64,000 nt of DNA. Origin: Flavobacteriales bacterium (GTDB lineage Bacteria; Bacteroidota; Bacteroidia; Flavobacteriales_F; PHOS-HE28). The notes under the pieces are model-generated. The model searched no databases. It was given only the letters and a program-made list of their open reading frames with translations, and was not told the DNA's origin. Both the position numbers and the translations under genes were made by a program. Shown here piece by piece: positions 29,254 through 38,968 of this stretch (positions within the stretch are counted from its first letter, which is position 1; the number at the start of each line of letters is the position of its first letter). Location: NCBI GenBank assembly GCA_016721005.1, contig JADKJM010000019.1:323747-387746 (forward strand), given 5' to 3'.

Positions 29254-30505
29254 AAGCCACGTTGTTCGTGGCTCGTTGTTCGGGCAGCGCTGGTGTAAGC
29301 GGGTCGCGCTGGTCCTATCCCTGCTCCTGTTCCTTATCACCGCGAACGGCCAGAGTCGTTCCAATCTGGAGAAGAAGCGAGAAGCGCTGGACAAGCAGAT
29401 CCGCACCACCACGACCTTGATCGAACAAGCGCGGAAGGAGCAGCGCGTGACGCAGGAGCAACTCCGGTTGCTGGAAAGCCAGATCGAAGCGCGTGCGCAA
29501 TTGATCCGCGCCATGGACAATGAAGTGCGCCAAGTGGATGATCGGATCACGGAGGATGAAGCCGCGATCGCATCGCTGAAGGATGACCTCGCCGAACTGC
29601 GGAAGGAGTATGCGCACATGGTGCAGTTCGCCTATCGCAACCGGAGCGGCTACGACCAACTCAGCTACCTCTTCGCATCGAACGGTTTCCAGCAGGCTTT
29701 CCGGCGTAGCCGCTACTTGAACCAGCTCGGCGCACAACGACTGCGGCAGGTACACCTCATCACCGGAACGCAGACCTCGCTAGCCGCCCGTGTTGAAGAA
29801 TTGCAACAACAGCGTAAGGCGAAGGCAAGCCTGTTGAGCGATCAAGTGCAGGAGAAACGCCGACTGGACACGGATCGCACCGGGCAACAGAAAGCTTTGA
29901 ACAGTTTGCGCAGCGAGGAAGGGCGTTTGAAGGAAACCCAACGCAAGCAGGAGAAACAGCGCCGCGAGCTGGACGCGGCCATTCGCAAAGCGATCGAGGA
30001 TGCGGTGAAGGTCAAGCCCTCGGCATCAGGTGCCGCAAAGCCCGGAAAGCTGGACATCAGCCTCACCCCGGAAGCGCGGGAACTCAACACCGACTTCGAG
30101 AAGAACAAAGGCAAACTGCCTTGGCCCGTGGAGAAGGGGGTGATCACCGGACGCTTCGGCAAGCAACCACACCCGGTGCTGAAGGGGATCATGATCGACA
30201 ACAATGGCATCGACATCACCACCGAGAAAGGCGCGAGCGTGCGCGCCTTGTTCCGGGGCGAGGTGAGCGGCGTGATCGTGCTGCCCGGCGCCGGCAAGGC
30301 GGTGATCGTGAGCCATGGGGTGTACCGTACCGTGTACAGCAACCTGCGCGATGTGAACGTGACCAAGGGGCAGAAACTGGATACCAAGCAGACCATCGGC
30401 ACCGTGAACACCGACGAGAATGGATCGGTGGCGCACATCGAGGTCTGGAAGATCACAAGCGACGGCCTGGTGAACGTGGACCCGTCCGGCTGGATCTTTC
30501 ATTAG
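29237..30505 (+). CDS. Peptidase M23 family murein endopeptidase with long N-terminal coiled coil (EnvC-like)
   Basis: Coiled-coil heptads (…LEKKREALDKQIRTTTTLIEQARKEQRV…) then M23/LytM core (…GIDITTEKGASVRALFRGEVSGVIVLPGAGKAVIVSHGVYRTVYSNL…). Confidence 0.8.
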   Translation: MNRCHRSHVVRGSLFGQRWCKRVALVLSLLLFLITANGQSRSNLEKKREALDKQIRTTTTLIEQARKEQRVTQEQLRLLESQIEARAQLIRAMDNEVRQVDDRITEDEAAIASLKDDLAELRKEYAHMVQFAYRNRSGYDQLSYLFASNGFQQAFRRSRYLNQLGAQRLRQVHLITGTQTSLAARVEELQQQRKAKASLLSDQVQEKRRLDTDRTGQQKALNSLRSEEGRLKETQRKQEKQRRELDAAIRKAIEDAVKVKPSASGAAKPGKLDISLTPEARELNTDFEKNKGKLPWPVEKGVITGRFGKQPHPVLKGIMIDNNGIDITTEKGASVRALFRGEVSGVIVLPGAGKAVIVSHGVYRTVYSNLRDVNVTKGQKLDTKQTIGTVNTDENGSVAHIEVWKITSDGLVNVDPSGWIFH

Positions 30506-30558
30506 TTCCTCGTGCTGTCCGGTTCTCTGCTCCTACCTTTCAACCTGATCAGACGCCC

Positions 30559-30789
30559 GTGAACACATTCCCGCTATCCATCCTGCTTGGGGTTATTGGC
30601 CCGTGGCAATTGGTCCTTTTTGTTGTTTTTCCTCTCGGCTTGGTCGGTCTTTGTGCGCTAGGCTTCGCGAGGTTTTCCAAGACCAAGCAGGCTCGCTGGG
30701 CGGTACTTGGCGCGATTTCCGGCGTACTATTTCTGCTGATGGTCATCGCTGCGTTCATGATCGTCAACGAAATGTCCGGGCGTCAATAG
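30559..30789 (+). CDS. TatA-like small membrane protein paralog (76 aa). N-terminal 20 aa nearly identical to TatA, then two extra hydrophobic segments instead of the amphipathic helix; GTG start.
   Basis: [21 protein letters not shown] versus Tat[21 protein letters not shown] (18/20 identical residues, DNA diverged synonymously). The frame is open from upstream, so the start is uncertain; GTG at 30559 aligns with the TatA initiator. Confidence 0.5.
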   Translation: MNTFPLSILLGVIGPWQLVLFVVFPLGLVGLCALGFARFSKTKQARWAVLGAISGVLFLLMVIAAFMIVNEMSGRQ

Positions 30790-30917
30790 TCCGCTTGCCT
30801 TCTGTGGTGTCGTGGATCACGCCTCGCGGGTCTTCCGTTGAGCAAGTGACCTTGGTTGATCCGGGCCTTCGGTTAACAAGGCGCTACATTTGGCCCCGGA
30901 ACCAAGTCCATTCCCCA

Positions 30918-31112
30918 ATGAGCACTTTTCCCCTTTCAATCCTTCTCGGCATAGTCGGCCCTTGGCAGATCGTTCTGGTCGTGGTGGTGCTGCTGCTGCT
31001 TTTCGGCGGCAAGAAGATCCCCGAACTCATGCGCGGTCTTGGGCAGGGCCTGAACGAGTTCAAGAAGGCCAAGGACGGCGACCCGAACGAGAAGAAGGAC
31101 GAGAGCAAGTAG
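30918..31112 (+). CDS. tatA: Twin-arginine translocase subunit TatA/E
   Basis: 64 aa: TM helix, then [26 protein letters not shown] (TatA hinge and amphipathic helix consensus F-G-x-K-K-L/I-P … F-K-K-A), then an acidic tail. Confidence 0.85.
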   Translation: MSTFPLSILLGIVGPWQIVLVVVVLLLLFGGKKIPELMRGLGQGLNEFKKAKDGDPNEKKDESK

Positions 31113-31156
31113 CCTCTCTCACCGCGCGGCTCCATTGCGCGGCAGCCCGATAGCCC

Positions 31157-32557
31157 GTGAGCACGACCAGTAGTAGCACCGTCCCGGAAGCTCCGCCTCG
31201 CAGCGGCAGCGTAACGGCAGCGGTCAGTACAGCCCTTGAGAACGCGGAAACGAACAAGGACCTGAACGCCTTCCTTGAAGTATTCACGGAGAGCGCTTTG
31301 GAACACGCAACACGTGTGGATGAGCGCCGCCAAGCCGGTAACGCCGGTCCACTCTCAGGTGTGGTGCTGAGCATCAAGGACAACATCTGTTATAAGGACC
31401 ACCGCGTAGGCGCGGGCTCGAAGATCCTCGAGGGCTTCACTTCGCTGTACAGCGCCACAGTAGTGGAGCGACTCCTCGCGGCAGATGCCGTGATCCTGGG
31501 TCGCACCAATTGCGACGAGTTCGCGATGGGCAGCAGCAACGAGAACAGCGCCTACGGCAACGTCCTGAATCCGGTGGACCGCACGAAGGTCCCCGGCGGA
31601 AGCAGTGGTGGGGCGGCAGCTAGCGTGGCGGCAGGTATCGTGCATGTCGCGCTCGGTTCGGATACCGGTGGAAGTATTCGTCAACCAGCGTCGTTCACGG
31701 GGACCGTCGGGTTCAAGCCCACCTATGGCCGGGTGAGTCGCTATGGTCTCATCGCCTTTGCCAGCAGCTTTGATCAGATCGGTCCGTTCGCGCGCAACGT
31801 GGAGGATGTCGCCGCGACGTACACTGCGATCGCTGGCCACGATCCGAAGGATGGGACCACGAGCAAACGACCAGTTGTACCCATTTCACTGGATCATCCG
31901 GGCAAACTGCGTATCGGCTATTTCCGCGAAGGCCTTGAGCGCGCAGGCATGGACCCGGAGATCGTGGCGCACATGCAGGCGCAGATCGATCGCTTGAAGA
32001 AGGATGGCCACACGGTGGAGCCGATCGATGTGCCTTTGATCGATCACCAAGTGCCGACGTATTACATCCTCGCCACCGCAGAGGCCAGCAGCAACCTCGC
32101 ACGTTTCGATGGCATCCACTTCGGTCACCGCAGTAAAGCCGCGAAGGGGGTGGAAGAGACCTACCGCTTGAGTCGCACGGAAGGCTTCGGCCCCGAAGTG
32201 AAACGCAGGATCCTGCTCGGGACCTTCGTGCTCAGCGCCGGTTACTACGATGCTTACTACGGTCAGGCACAGCGCGTGCGACGCATCATCCGCAACCACA
32301 CGCTGGCCGCTTTTGAGAAGTATGACCTGCTCATGGGACCCACCTGTCCGACCACGGCCTTCGCGCACGGCGCCATCACCGATCCGGTGGCCATGTACCT
32401 ACAGGATATCTTTACGGTGCAAGCGAACCTCGCAGGCGTACCCGCGATCAGTTTGCCCACTGGAACGCATAGCAACGGCTTGCCATTCGGGATGCATGTG
32501 ATGGCGAAGCCTTTCGATGAGGGTCGGTTGCTCGCTGCAGCAAAGACCCTTTTCTAG
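31157..32557 (+). CDS. gatA: Asp-tRNA(Asn)/Glu-tRNA(Gln) amidotransferase subunit A
   Basis: Amidase signature GGSSGGAAASVAAGIVHVALGSDTGGSIRQPA; length 466 aa. Confidence 0.85.
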   Translation: MSTTSSSTVPEAPPRSGSVTAAVSTALENAETNKDLNAFLEVFTESALEHATRVDERRQAGNAGPLSGVVLSIKDNICYKDHRVGAGSKILEGFTSLYSATVVERLLAADAVILGRTNCDEFAMGSSNENSAYGNVLNPVDRTKVPGGSSGGAAASVAAGIVHVALGSDTGGSIRQPASFTGTVGFKPTYGRVSRYGLIAFASSFDQIGPFARNVEDVAATYTAIAGHDPKDGTTSKRPVVPISLDHPGKLRIGYFREGLERAGMDPEIVAHMQAQIDRLKKDGHTVEPIDVPLIDHQVPTYYILATAEASSNLARFDGIHFGHRSKAAKGVEETYRLSRTEGFGPEVKRRILLGTFVLSAGYYDAYYGQAQRVRRIIRNHTLAAFEKYDLLMGPTCPTTAFAHGAITDPVAMYLQDIFTVQANLAGVPAISLPTGTHSNGLPFGMHVMAKPFDEGRLLAAAKTLF

Positions 32558-32634
32558 CGTACACATTCAGGTGTGAACAGCGCGCCCGCATACCACGGGG
32601 CTCCTTCTTGCGTAATACGGGTAACTTCGTCGCC

Positions 32635-34101
32635 ATGCGTTCCGCCGTCCTGTTCCTGTTTCTTGTCGGGCCTTTCCTTCGGGCCAACGCCCAGCCGGAG
32701 AGCGCTCCTGCGACACTTGCTGCGGACGATCCGGTGGTGGTCCGCTTGGATGAACTGGCTTCGCTCGCGTGGATCAAGAATTCCACCTTCACTACGGACA
32801 CCGCGTTCCACAACAAGTACGGGTTCGCTGCGGCCGATGTCCCCTACTGGCCGCCCTCCGAGGTCAGCCACCGGCTCGCTGTGCTGGACGGAGCTACACC
32901 GTTCGACCTGGTGTACAACCCGATCGTACAGTCGTACATCGACCTCTACGTGGTGCGCAAACGCGAAATGAGTTCGCGGATGCTCGGGCTCGCCGAACTC
33001 TACTTCCCCACCTTCGAGGAATACCTCGATCGTTACGGGATCCCGCTGGAGATGAAATACCTGGCCGTGGTGGAGAGCGCGTTGAATCCCGCCGCGCGTT
33101 CACGCGCCGGTGCGGTCGGCTTGTGGCAGTTCATGCTGCCTACCGGCAAGATGTATGGATTGAAGGCGGACAGCTATGTGGACGAGCGGCACGACGTGTA
33201 CAAGAGCACCGAAGCCGCGTGCCGTTACCTGAAGTACCTGCACTCGCTCTATGGCAATTGGGAGTTGGCGCTCGCTGCGTACAACTGTGGACCCGGCAAT
33301 GTGAACAAGGCCATCCGGCGCAGTGGTGGCGTGAAGGACTATTGGAAGATCTACGATCACTTGCCGCGGGAGACGCGAGGTTACGTGCCCGCGTTCATTG
33401 CGGTGAACTACCTCTTCTCGCATCACGCCGACCACAACATCTACCCCGTTGCGCCGGTGTATTGCGCGTACGAAGTGGATACCGTTCGTGTCTGCTATCC
33501 GTTGGACCTCGCGGCCGTGGCCGTGCTTACCGGTGGATCAGCGCAAGAACTGCGCGACCTCAACCCGACATTCAAGCTCGGCGTGGTGCCTGATGTGAAC
33601 GACCCTGTGACCATCTACCTCCCGAAGGATGCGGCCGGGATCTACGTGAACAACGAAGAGACCATGCGGTACAGTTACCAGGCAGCGCAGCCCCAAGCGA
33701 CCACGGAGACGCCGCAGAAGCCGCAAGCGGAGGTCGGGACGGAGGTCACAGAACAGAAGCACATTGTTCGTTCCGGAGAATCATTGGGCAGCATCGCAAG
33801 CAAGTACGGCACATCGGTGAGCGCATTGCGCAGCATGAACGGATTGCGCGGCGATATGATCCGTCCGGGACAGAAGCTCATTGTGAAGCGGCGCACAACA
33901 AAAGCGGTGGAGCACACCGCAACAGCGGAGCCCGACTCGAATAGCAAAGTGCTTTACCACGTGGTACAACCCGGCGATACGCTGTGGAGCATCGCGCAGC
34001 GCTATCAGGGTGTAAGTGTTGAAGACCTCCGTCGGTTGAACACCGACCTTGACGGGTTGAAGCCGGGCACGCGCATCAAGGTGCGCGCGCCGCAGGGATA
34101 G
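32635..34101 (+). CDS. Membrane-bound lytic murein transglycosylase (MltD-like: SLT domain plus two C-terminal LysM domains)
   Basis: SLT catalytic region …EMKYLAVVESALNPAARSRAGAVGLWQFMLPTG…YNCGPGNV. Two LysM repeats (HIVRSGESLGSIASKYGTSVSALRSMNGL…; YHVVQPGDTLWSIAQRYQGVSVEDLRRLN). ATG at 32635 gives a signal peptide. Confidence 0.85.
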   Translation: MRSAVLFLFLVGPFLRANAQPESAPATLAADDPVVVRLDELASLAWIKNSTFTTDTAFHNKYGFAAADVPYWPPSEVSHRLAVLDGATPFDLVYNPIVQSYIDLYVVRKREMSSRMLGLAELYFPTFEEYLDRYGIPLEMKYLAVVESALNPAARSRAGAVGLWQFMLPTGKMYGLKADSYVDERHDVYKSTEAACRYLKYLHSLYGNWELALAAYNCGPGNVNKAIRRSGGVKDYWKIYDHLPRETRGYVPAFIAVNYLFSHHADHNIYPVAPVYCAYEVDTVRVCYPLDLAAVAVLTGGSAQELRDLNPTFKLGVVPDVNDPVTIYLPKDAAGIYVNNEETMRYSYQAAQPQATTETPQKPQAEVGTEVTEQKHIVRSGESLGSIASKYGTSVSALRSMNGLRGDMIRPGQKLIVKRRTTKAVEHTATAEPDSNSKVLYHVVQPGDTLWSIAQRYQGVSVEDLRRLNTDLDGLKPGTRIKVRAPQG

Positions 34102-34254
34102 CTCTCGGTCTTCTCCATCACACAGCCCTCTCCATCCGTTGCGTACTTGTTGCGGTGCGTGCATTCCACCGCGTCCGCTCACATCGCTGATCGTCAAGCA
34201 ATAGCCGGTGCGGTCCTGCCGTTTTATCCACAGGTCGGCGCCGTGTGTTGAAAA

Positions 34255-34554
34255 GTGTCCATCGCATCGTGCAGGACGTTCATCTACTTTTCGGTGCCCC
34301 TACTACACATGGACTTCGCACACATCCGGCAGTATGCCCACCAACATTGCCGCTTCAAGCTGCGCAATGGAAAGGAGATCTATGGCGTGGTATGGGAAGT
34401 GGAGACCACTGATGCGAATGGTGACGGCGCCAACAAGCGACTCTACTTCGCCAGCGTTCGCGACTACGAGCGCTTACAACACAGCGCCACACCCGTGCAT
34501 GTGATGCCCATGCAACCCGAGGAGATCGTGGGCGTGGAGAGTTTGGCGAGTTAG
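34255..34554 (+). CDS. Small hypothetical protein (real start may be the ATG at 34309)
   Basis: 99-aa ORF with protein-like composition, no recognisable domain. Confidence 0.35.
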   Translation: MSIASCRTFIYFSVPLLHMDFAHIRQYAHQHCRFKLRNGKEIYGVVWEVETTDANGDGANKRLYFASVRDYERLQHSATPVHVMPMQPEEIVGVESLAS

Positions 34555-34565
34555 ACCAGAACACC

Positions 34566-35546
34566 ATGCGCCATGCGATCGGCTTTCTGCTCGTGTGTGC
34601 AAGCAGCGCTCTTCTCCCGTTCTTCACTTCAGCGCAGAACCTAGTGCCCAACGGTGGGTTTGAGGAATACACTGTCGATTGCACATTCGGGATCGGATTC
34701 TATGGATTGGCGGATTGGCGCTACTTGAACTGCGGAAATTCTCCAGGGCTTGCGCGCGCGTGCAACAATAACACTGGCAATGGTGGTGGTGTTCCTCAGA
34801 GTGGGTTAGGGTATCAGTATGCACATGAAGGGGATGGGTTCATTATGACAGAACCGTACTTCTCGAATGCGCAAAGCGGCCTCCCGGATGCCAATCCACA
34901 GACATACGCCAACGTGGACCTCGTACAGTCCTTGACCGCCGGGCAACGCTATTGTTTGCGGTTGTGGATGAACATGGCTGACTCATCCTGCTATCGTACT
35001 GACACCTTCCATGCCTATGTCGGTTACGGCATTCCCACCCTGTGCAATTATGCGGATACCGCATGGGACACCTATGCCACGGCCACGTGGGACATCAGCA
35101 TTGTGGATACCGCCGAATGGACCTTGCTTGAAAGCGAGTTCATCGCCAATGGTGGGGAGACCAACCTTACACTCGGTGCTTTCCAGTTCGATGCCGAGAT
35201 CAACAGCGTATTCCTTGCTGATCATAGCAGCTTGTTCGGTGCGCTTGTCGCGGCATACTACATAGATGATGTGGAACTCTGGGCCTGCCAAGTGGGTGTG
35301 GAGGAAGTGAACAGCAACAACGCGCTTGCGCTTTTCCCGGACCCCGCTGACCAATGGGTCACCATGTCCTATTCGGGGGTCGATGTGGTGGGTGCCGCTC
35401 TATCCAACACGGTTGGACAGGATGTGACCCCGAAGAGTTGGGGCGCCACCACCTTATACCATTTGGAACTAAGAGATCGCCCAAAGGTGCCGTGCGATGT
35501 TGAAGTAGTCGAAGTTGCAGATGGACTTTACCTCAGTGGGGCTTAG
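34566..35546 (+). pseudogene. Secreted T9SS cargo protein gene interrupted inside its C-terminal sorting domain by an IS630-like element. Native ORF ends at 35456; the in-window reading continues into IS sequence.
   Basis: Signal peptide MRHAIGFLLVCASSALLPFFTSAQ. C-terminal …LALFPDPADQWVTMSYSG…VGQDVTPKSWGATT is the N-terminal half of a type-A Por_Secre_tail. The matching end of the domain lies at 36599..36715 beyond the IS. Confidence 0.65.
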
Positions 35547-36598
35547 TGAGTGGACCTGCTTGGAGTCGCTGAGTTGAGCGGGGGTTTCGAAGGTCATGTT
35601 GGGAGGCGCGTTGAAGCGCCACCAGCTTGGAGTTGGGGTGCGATGGGGGAGGAACAATGGGCGCCGTTGAGCGGCCAACTGAGGTGCTTGGTTTTGTGGA
35701 AAGCACCGTTGTCCACGGATCTTGAGCTCTTCGGGTCGATGCGTTGCAATGAGGAAGATCGGAAGGTGTAGCCAGAACAACAGGGTAGTTCCAATTGGAA
35801 ATTATCGCCCGATATAGGCGAGTACGCGCCGAAGACATAGGTGTATTGGAAGACCTGTTGGAAAGCACATACCGGCTTGACCCCCTTTGGCCGATCCCTT
35901 ACCAGCACGGGTGAAAAGGCCGAAGCGGCTCTCATCACAATACAGGTTCACACTGGAGCAGCCCGGCGGAGGGCGGGTGGTCAACTCGAACAGAGTTGCT
36001 CGAAGTTTTTTAAAAGCCGTGATGGCCTCCGGGATCCTTCTTCACATGTGACTTGCGGGCGACCTTACACTGGGCTCCATAGTTGCGCTTGACGAACTTG
36101 TTCATCGTGGAGTAGTTGACCTCTTCATTGAACCGCTTGTTGAACCACGCCAACAATTCAGTGAAGCCCCGCAGACCGTTGCCCGGTTCACGCAACTTCA
36201 AACGCAAGGCCTCACGCTGATCAGGTTTGATCACGCTGGGCCGGTTCCCTTTCCAGTTGTGCGAAAGCAACCCGGCCAGCCCTCCTTGGATATATGCGTT
36301 GCGCCATTTCATGGCGCTGCCCGCATCCACGCCCAGCGCCTTGGCAACAGCATGCTTGGAGATACCTTCCTGTTCATGCTCTTTGTAGAGGATCAATACT
36401 CGGACCCGACTACGCATGGTCTCGGTATTGACGCGCCTGAGCTCCCGGCGCAACGTCACCATGTCCTCTTTGATATCGAACCTTTGGGATTGGCCATCTG
36501 CCCTGTGTTTTTCGCCACAGATCGAACCACCGATCAAACGATCAAGAGCTTCAGGAAAATGATATCAACATTGGAGGACAATCATATTCCAAATGGTA
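35457..36598 (-). mobile_element. IS630/Tc1-mariner-family insertion sequence, 1,142 bp, with a degraded transposase gene
   Basis: Perfect 12-bp terminal inverted repeats TACCATTTGGAA (35457..35468) and TTCCAAATGGTA (36587..36598), flanked by direct TTA (35454..35456 and 36599..36601; TA-containing target duplication). Internal minus-strand IS630 orfA-like N-terminus plus frameshifted DDE_3-like fragments. Confidence 0.75.
35594..36537 (-). pseudogene. IS630-family transposase, frameshifted/degraded
   Basis: ORF 36010..36537 (-) carries the HTH/orfA part (…RSRVRVLILYKEHEQEGISKHAVAKALGV…WRNAYIQGGLAGL…SHVKKDP). Downstream DDE_3-like pieces lie in other frames: 35802..35984 (…NLYCDESRFGLFTRAGKG…) and 35594..35938 (…YTYVFGAYSPISGDNFQLELP…VDNGAFHKTKH…). 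Confidence 0.65.
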
Positions 36599-36715
36599 TT
36601 ACTCCCGGACAGGCAAGCCTTGGATGTATCCAGCTTGCCCGCCGGTGCTTATCTCCTGAGCGTTCGCACCAAGGATGGTAACCTGTTGTCGCGCCGCTTG
36701 GTGATCCAGCACTAG
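36599..36715 (+). other. Displaced 3' fragment encoding the last 38 aa of the T9SS C-terminal sorting domain of gene 34566
   Basis: LLPDRQALDVSSLPAGAYLLSVRTKDGNLLSRRLVIQH* is the canonical end of a Por_Secre_tail domain. It is in frame with 34566..35456 once the IS and one TTA copy are removed. Confidence 0.7.
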
Positions 36716-36724
36716 GCCGGAACT

Positions 36725-38923
36725 TCAATTCCTCTTCACCATACCCGCCTGGTCCAGGAAGAACGCGTGGATCAGCGCTACTTCCTTCAACGCTTCGAAA
36801 CGACCGGATGCGCCTCCATGTCCGGCCTCCATGTTCGTGAAGAGCAGGATCGGCGCATCGGCCTTCTGGTGTTCGCGTAAGCGTTGCACCCACTTCGCGG
36901 GTTCCCAGTATTGCACTTGGCTGTCGTGCAGTCCGGTGGTCACGAGCAGCGCCGGATAGTTCGCATCCTTCACATTATCGTACGGTGAATAGGAGAGCAT
37001 GCGGTCGTAGGCCTCCTTCTCCTTGGGGTCGCCCCACTCATCGAATTCGCCGGTGGTGAGCGGGATGCTCTCATCGAGCATGGTCGTCACCACGTCCACA
37101 AAGGGTACTTCGGCGCACGCTGCTTTCCAGCGATCGGGTCGCATGTTCACCACGGCACCTATGAGCAAACCGCCCGCACTTCCGCCCAAGCAGAACATAC
37201 GCTTGGGGTCAGCGTACTTCGCCTTCTCCAAGTGATCCGCGCAATCGATGAAATCGGTGAACGTGTTCACCTTGTGTTCCATCTTCCCGTTCTCGTACCA
37301 TGCGCGACCTAGCTCTTCGCCGCCGCGGATGTGCGCAATGGCGTAGACGAATCCGCGATCAAGCAAACTCAAGCGCGAGCTGCTGAAGGTCGGCTCGATG
37401 CTGTATCCGTAGCTGCCGTATCCATACAACAGGAGCGGAGCCGTGCCGTCGAGCTTGGTGCCCTTCCGGTACACGATGCTCACCGGAACCTTCGCGCCAT
37501 CGCGCGCGGTGACCCAGATGCGCTCGCTCATGTAGTCCTCGCGCTTGAAGGTGCCGATCACTTCCTGTTGCTTCAGCAGGACATCGGTGGCTGTGTTCAG
37601 GTCGTGCTCGAACACACTGCCGGGAGTAGTAAGTGAGGTATATCCGTAACGCAGCTTGTCACTGTCCCACTCCGGATTGATCCCGGTATTGGCCACGTAC
37701 GCCGGGTCGTTGAATTGGATCTCGTGTTCCTTACCATCGCTCAACCGACGGATGCGCAAGTGCGTGAGTCCTTCACGCCGTTCGGTGATCACCAAGTGAT
37801 CCTTGAAGATGTCCACATCCTCCAGTAGGACATCCGCGCGGTGCGGGATCACTTCCTTCCACTTCGATTTGTCGCTCGTGGCATTCTCCGCGCATTCCAT
37901 CAAGCGGAAGTTCTGCGCGTTCCAATTGGTGAGGATGTACCACTTGCCCGGGTTACCCGGCACATGCATGGCGGTGTGTTCGTGTTCTTCTTCCCGTGGA
38001 AGGAAGACCTTGAACTCTCCCATCGGTTGGTCCACGGGCAACGTCAAGTGCTCGCTGCTCAATGTGCTCTCGGTGGTGATCATCACGAAGCGATCCGAAC
38101 GACTGCGGAATACTTCGCAGCTGTACGTCGCGTCCTTCTCCTCGAAGACCACCACATCGGCATCGGCGTTCGTTCCGAGCACGTGCCGATAGATGCGGTA
38201 GCTGCGGAGGGTGTCGTCCTTGCGTGTGTAGAAGACGGTCTTGTTATCCGCCCACGCGCAACCACCGCCGGTGTTGGTGATCACATCCGGAAGGTCGTTG
38301 CCGGTTGCCAGATCGCGGAAGCGCAGCTCGTACTGCCGACGGCTGACCTCATCCACGCTGTATCCCACCAGCCCGTTGTTCGGACTGATCTCGAAATCGC
38401 CGAGGTCGAAGTAGCTGTGCCCCTCGGCCATCTTGTTCTCGTTCAATAGCTCCACCCAAGCGGCATCGTCCTCCGCCGGCGCCGCCGACGATGTGGACTT
38501 CGCGCGCATGTGTACCGCGTACTCCTTGCCCTCTTCGAATCGCTGTTGGTACCAGTAGCCGTTCTCGCGGTACGGTACACTGAGGTCGGTCTCCTTGATC
38601 CGCGCCTTCATCTCCGCGAAGAGGTCCTCACGCAGTTGCTTGATCGGTGCGAGCACAGCATCGGTGTATGCGTTCTCGGCATTCAAGTGCGCCACCACTT
38701 CGGCGGTGTTTGCGTCGGGCGGGTCGGCATTGCGTTGCTCTTCCGTCAACCGCATCCAGTAATACTCGTCCACGCGGGTGTGCCCGTGTGTGGTGATCTC
38801 GTGTGGTCTTTTCACCGCTACAGGAGGGGCGATCAGGTCGGTGGTGTTCATGTGCTGGGTGGTGTCCGTGCAAGCCGGCAACAGTATAGCTGGTAGGACG
38901 AGCAAGCTGATGGTGCGGCGCAT
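36725..38923 (-). CDS. S9A family serine peptidase (oligopeptidase B / prolyl oligopeptidase-like)
   Basis: 732 aa; N-terminal beta-propeller region then alpha/beta hydrolase domain with GGSAGGLL (nucleophile-elbow GxSxG). Signal/lipoprotein-like N-terminus. Confidence 0.8.
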   Translation of the reverse strand: MRRTISLLVLPAILLPACTDTTQHMNTTDLIAPPVAVKRPHEITTHGHTRVDEYYWMRLTEEQRNADPPDANTAEVVAHLNAENAYTDAVLAPIKQLREDLFAEMKARIKETDLSVPYRENGYWYQQRFEEGKEYAVHMRAKSTSSAAPAEDDAAWVELLNENKMAEGHSYFDLGDFEISPNNGLVGYSVDEVSRRQYELRFRDLATGNDLPDVITNTGGGCAWADNKTVFYTRKDDTLRSYRIYRHVLGTNADADVVVFEEKDATYSCEVFRSRSDRFVMITTESTLSSEHLTLPVDQPMGEFKVFLPREEEHEHTAMHVPGNPGKWYILTNWNAQNFRLMECAENATSDKSKWKEVIPHRADVLLEDVDIFKDHLVITERREGLTHLRIRRLSDGKEHEIQFNDPAYVANTGINPEWDSDKLRYGYTSLTTPGSVFEHDLNTATDVLLKQQEVIGTFKREDYMSERIWVTARDGAKVPVSIVYRKGTKLDGTAPLLLYGYGSYGYSIEPTFSSSRLSLLDRGFVYAIAHIRGGEELGRAWYENGKMEHKVNTFTDFIDCADHLEKAKYADPKRMFCLGGSAGGLLIGAVVNMRPDRWKAACAEVPFVDVVTTMLDESIPLTTGEFDEWGDPKEKEAYDRMLSYSPYDNVKDANYPALLVTTGLHDSQVQYWEPAKWVQRLREHQKADAPILLFTNMEAGHGGASGRFEALKEVALIHAFFLDQAGMVKRN

Positions 38924-38968
38924 GGAGGTGGAAAGGTGGCCGAAAGTACAGTGCGCGACCGCTGCCTT

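Noticed and set aside
30121-30558. Upstream 146 codons of the 222-aa ORF 30121..30789
   Set aside because: They overlap the M23 peptidase gene out of frame and are R/H/E-rich. Only the 3' 76 codons (from GTG 30559) are protein-like, as the TatA-like paralog.
35841-36092. 83-aa plus-strand ORF, with the other short ORFs at 35550..35771 and 36259..36681
   Set aside because: They lie inside the IS630-like element, antisense or out of frame to the degraded transposase; non-protein-like composition.
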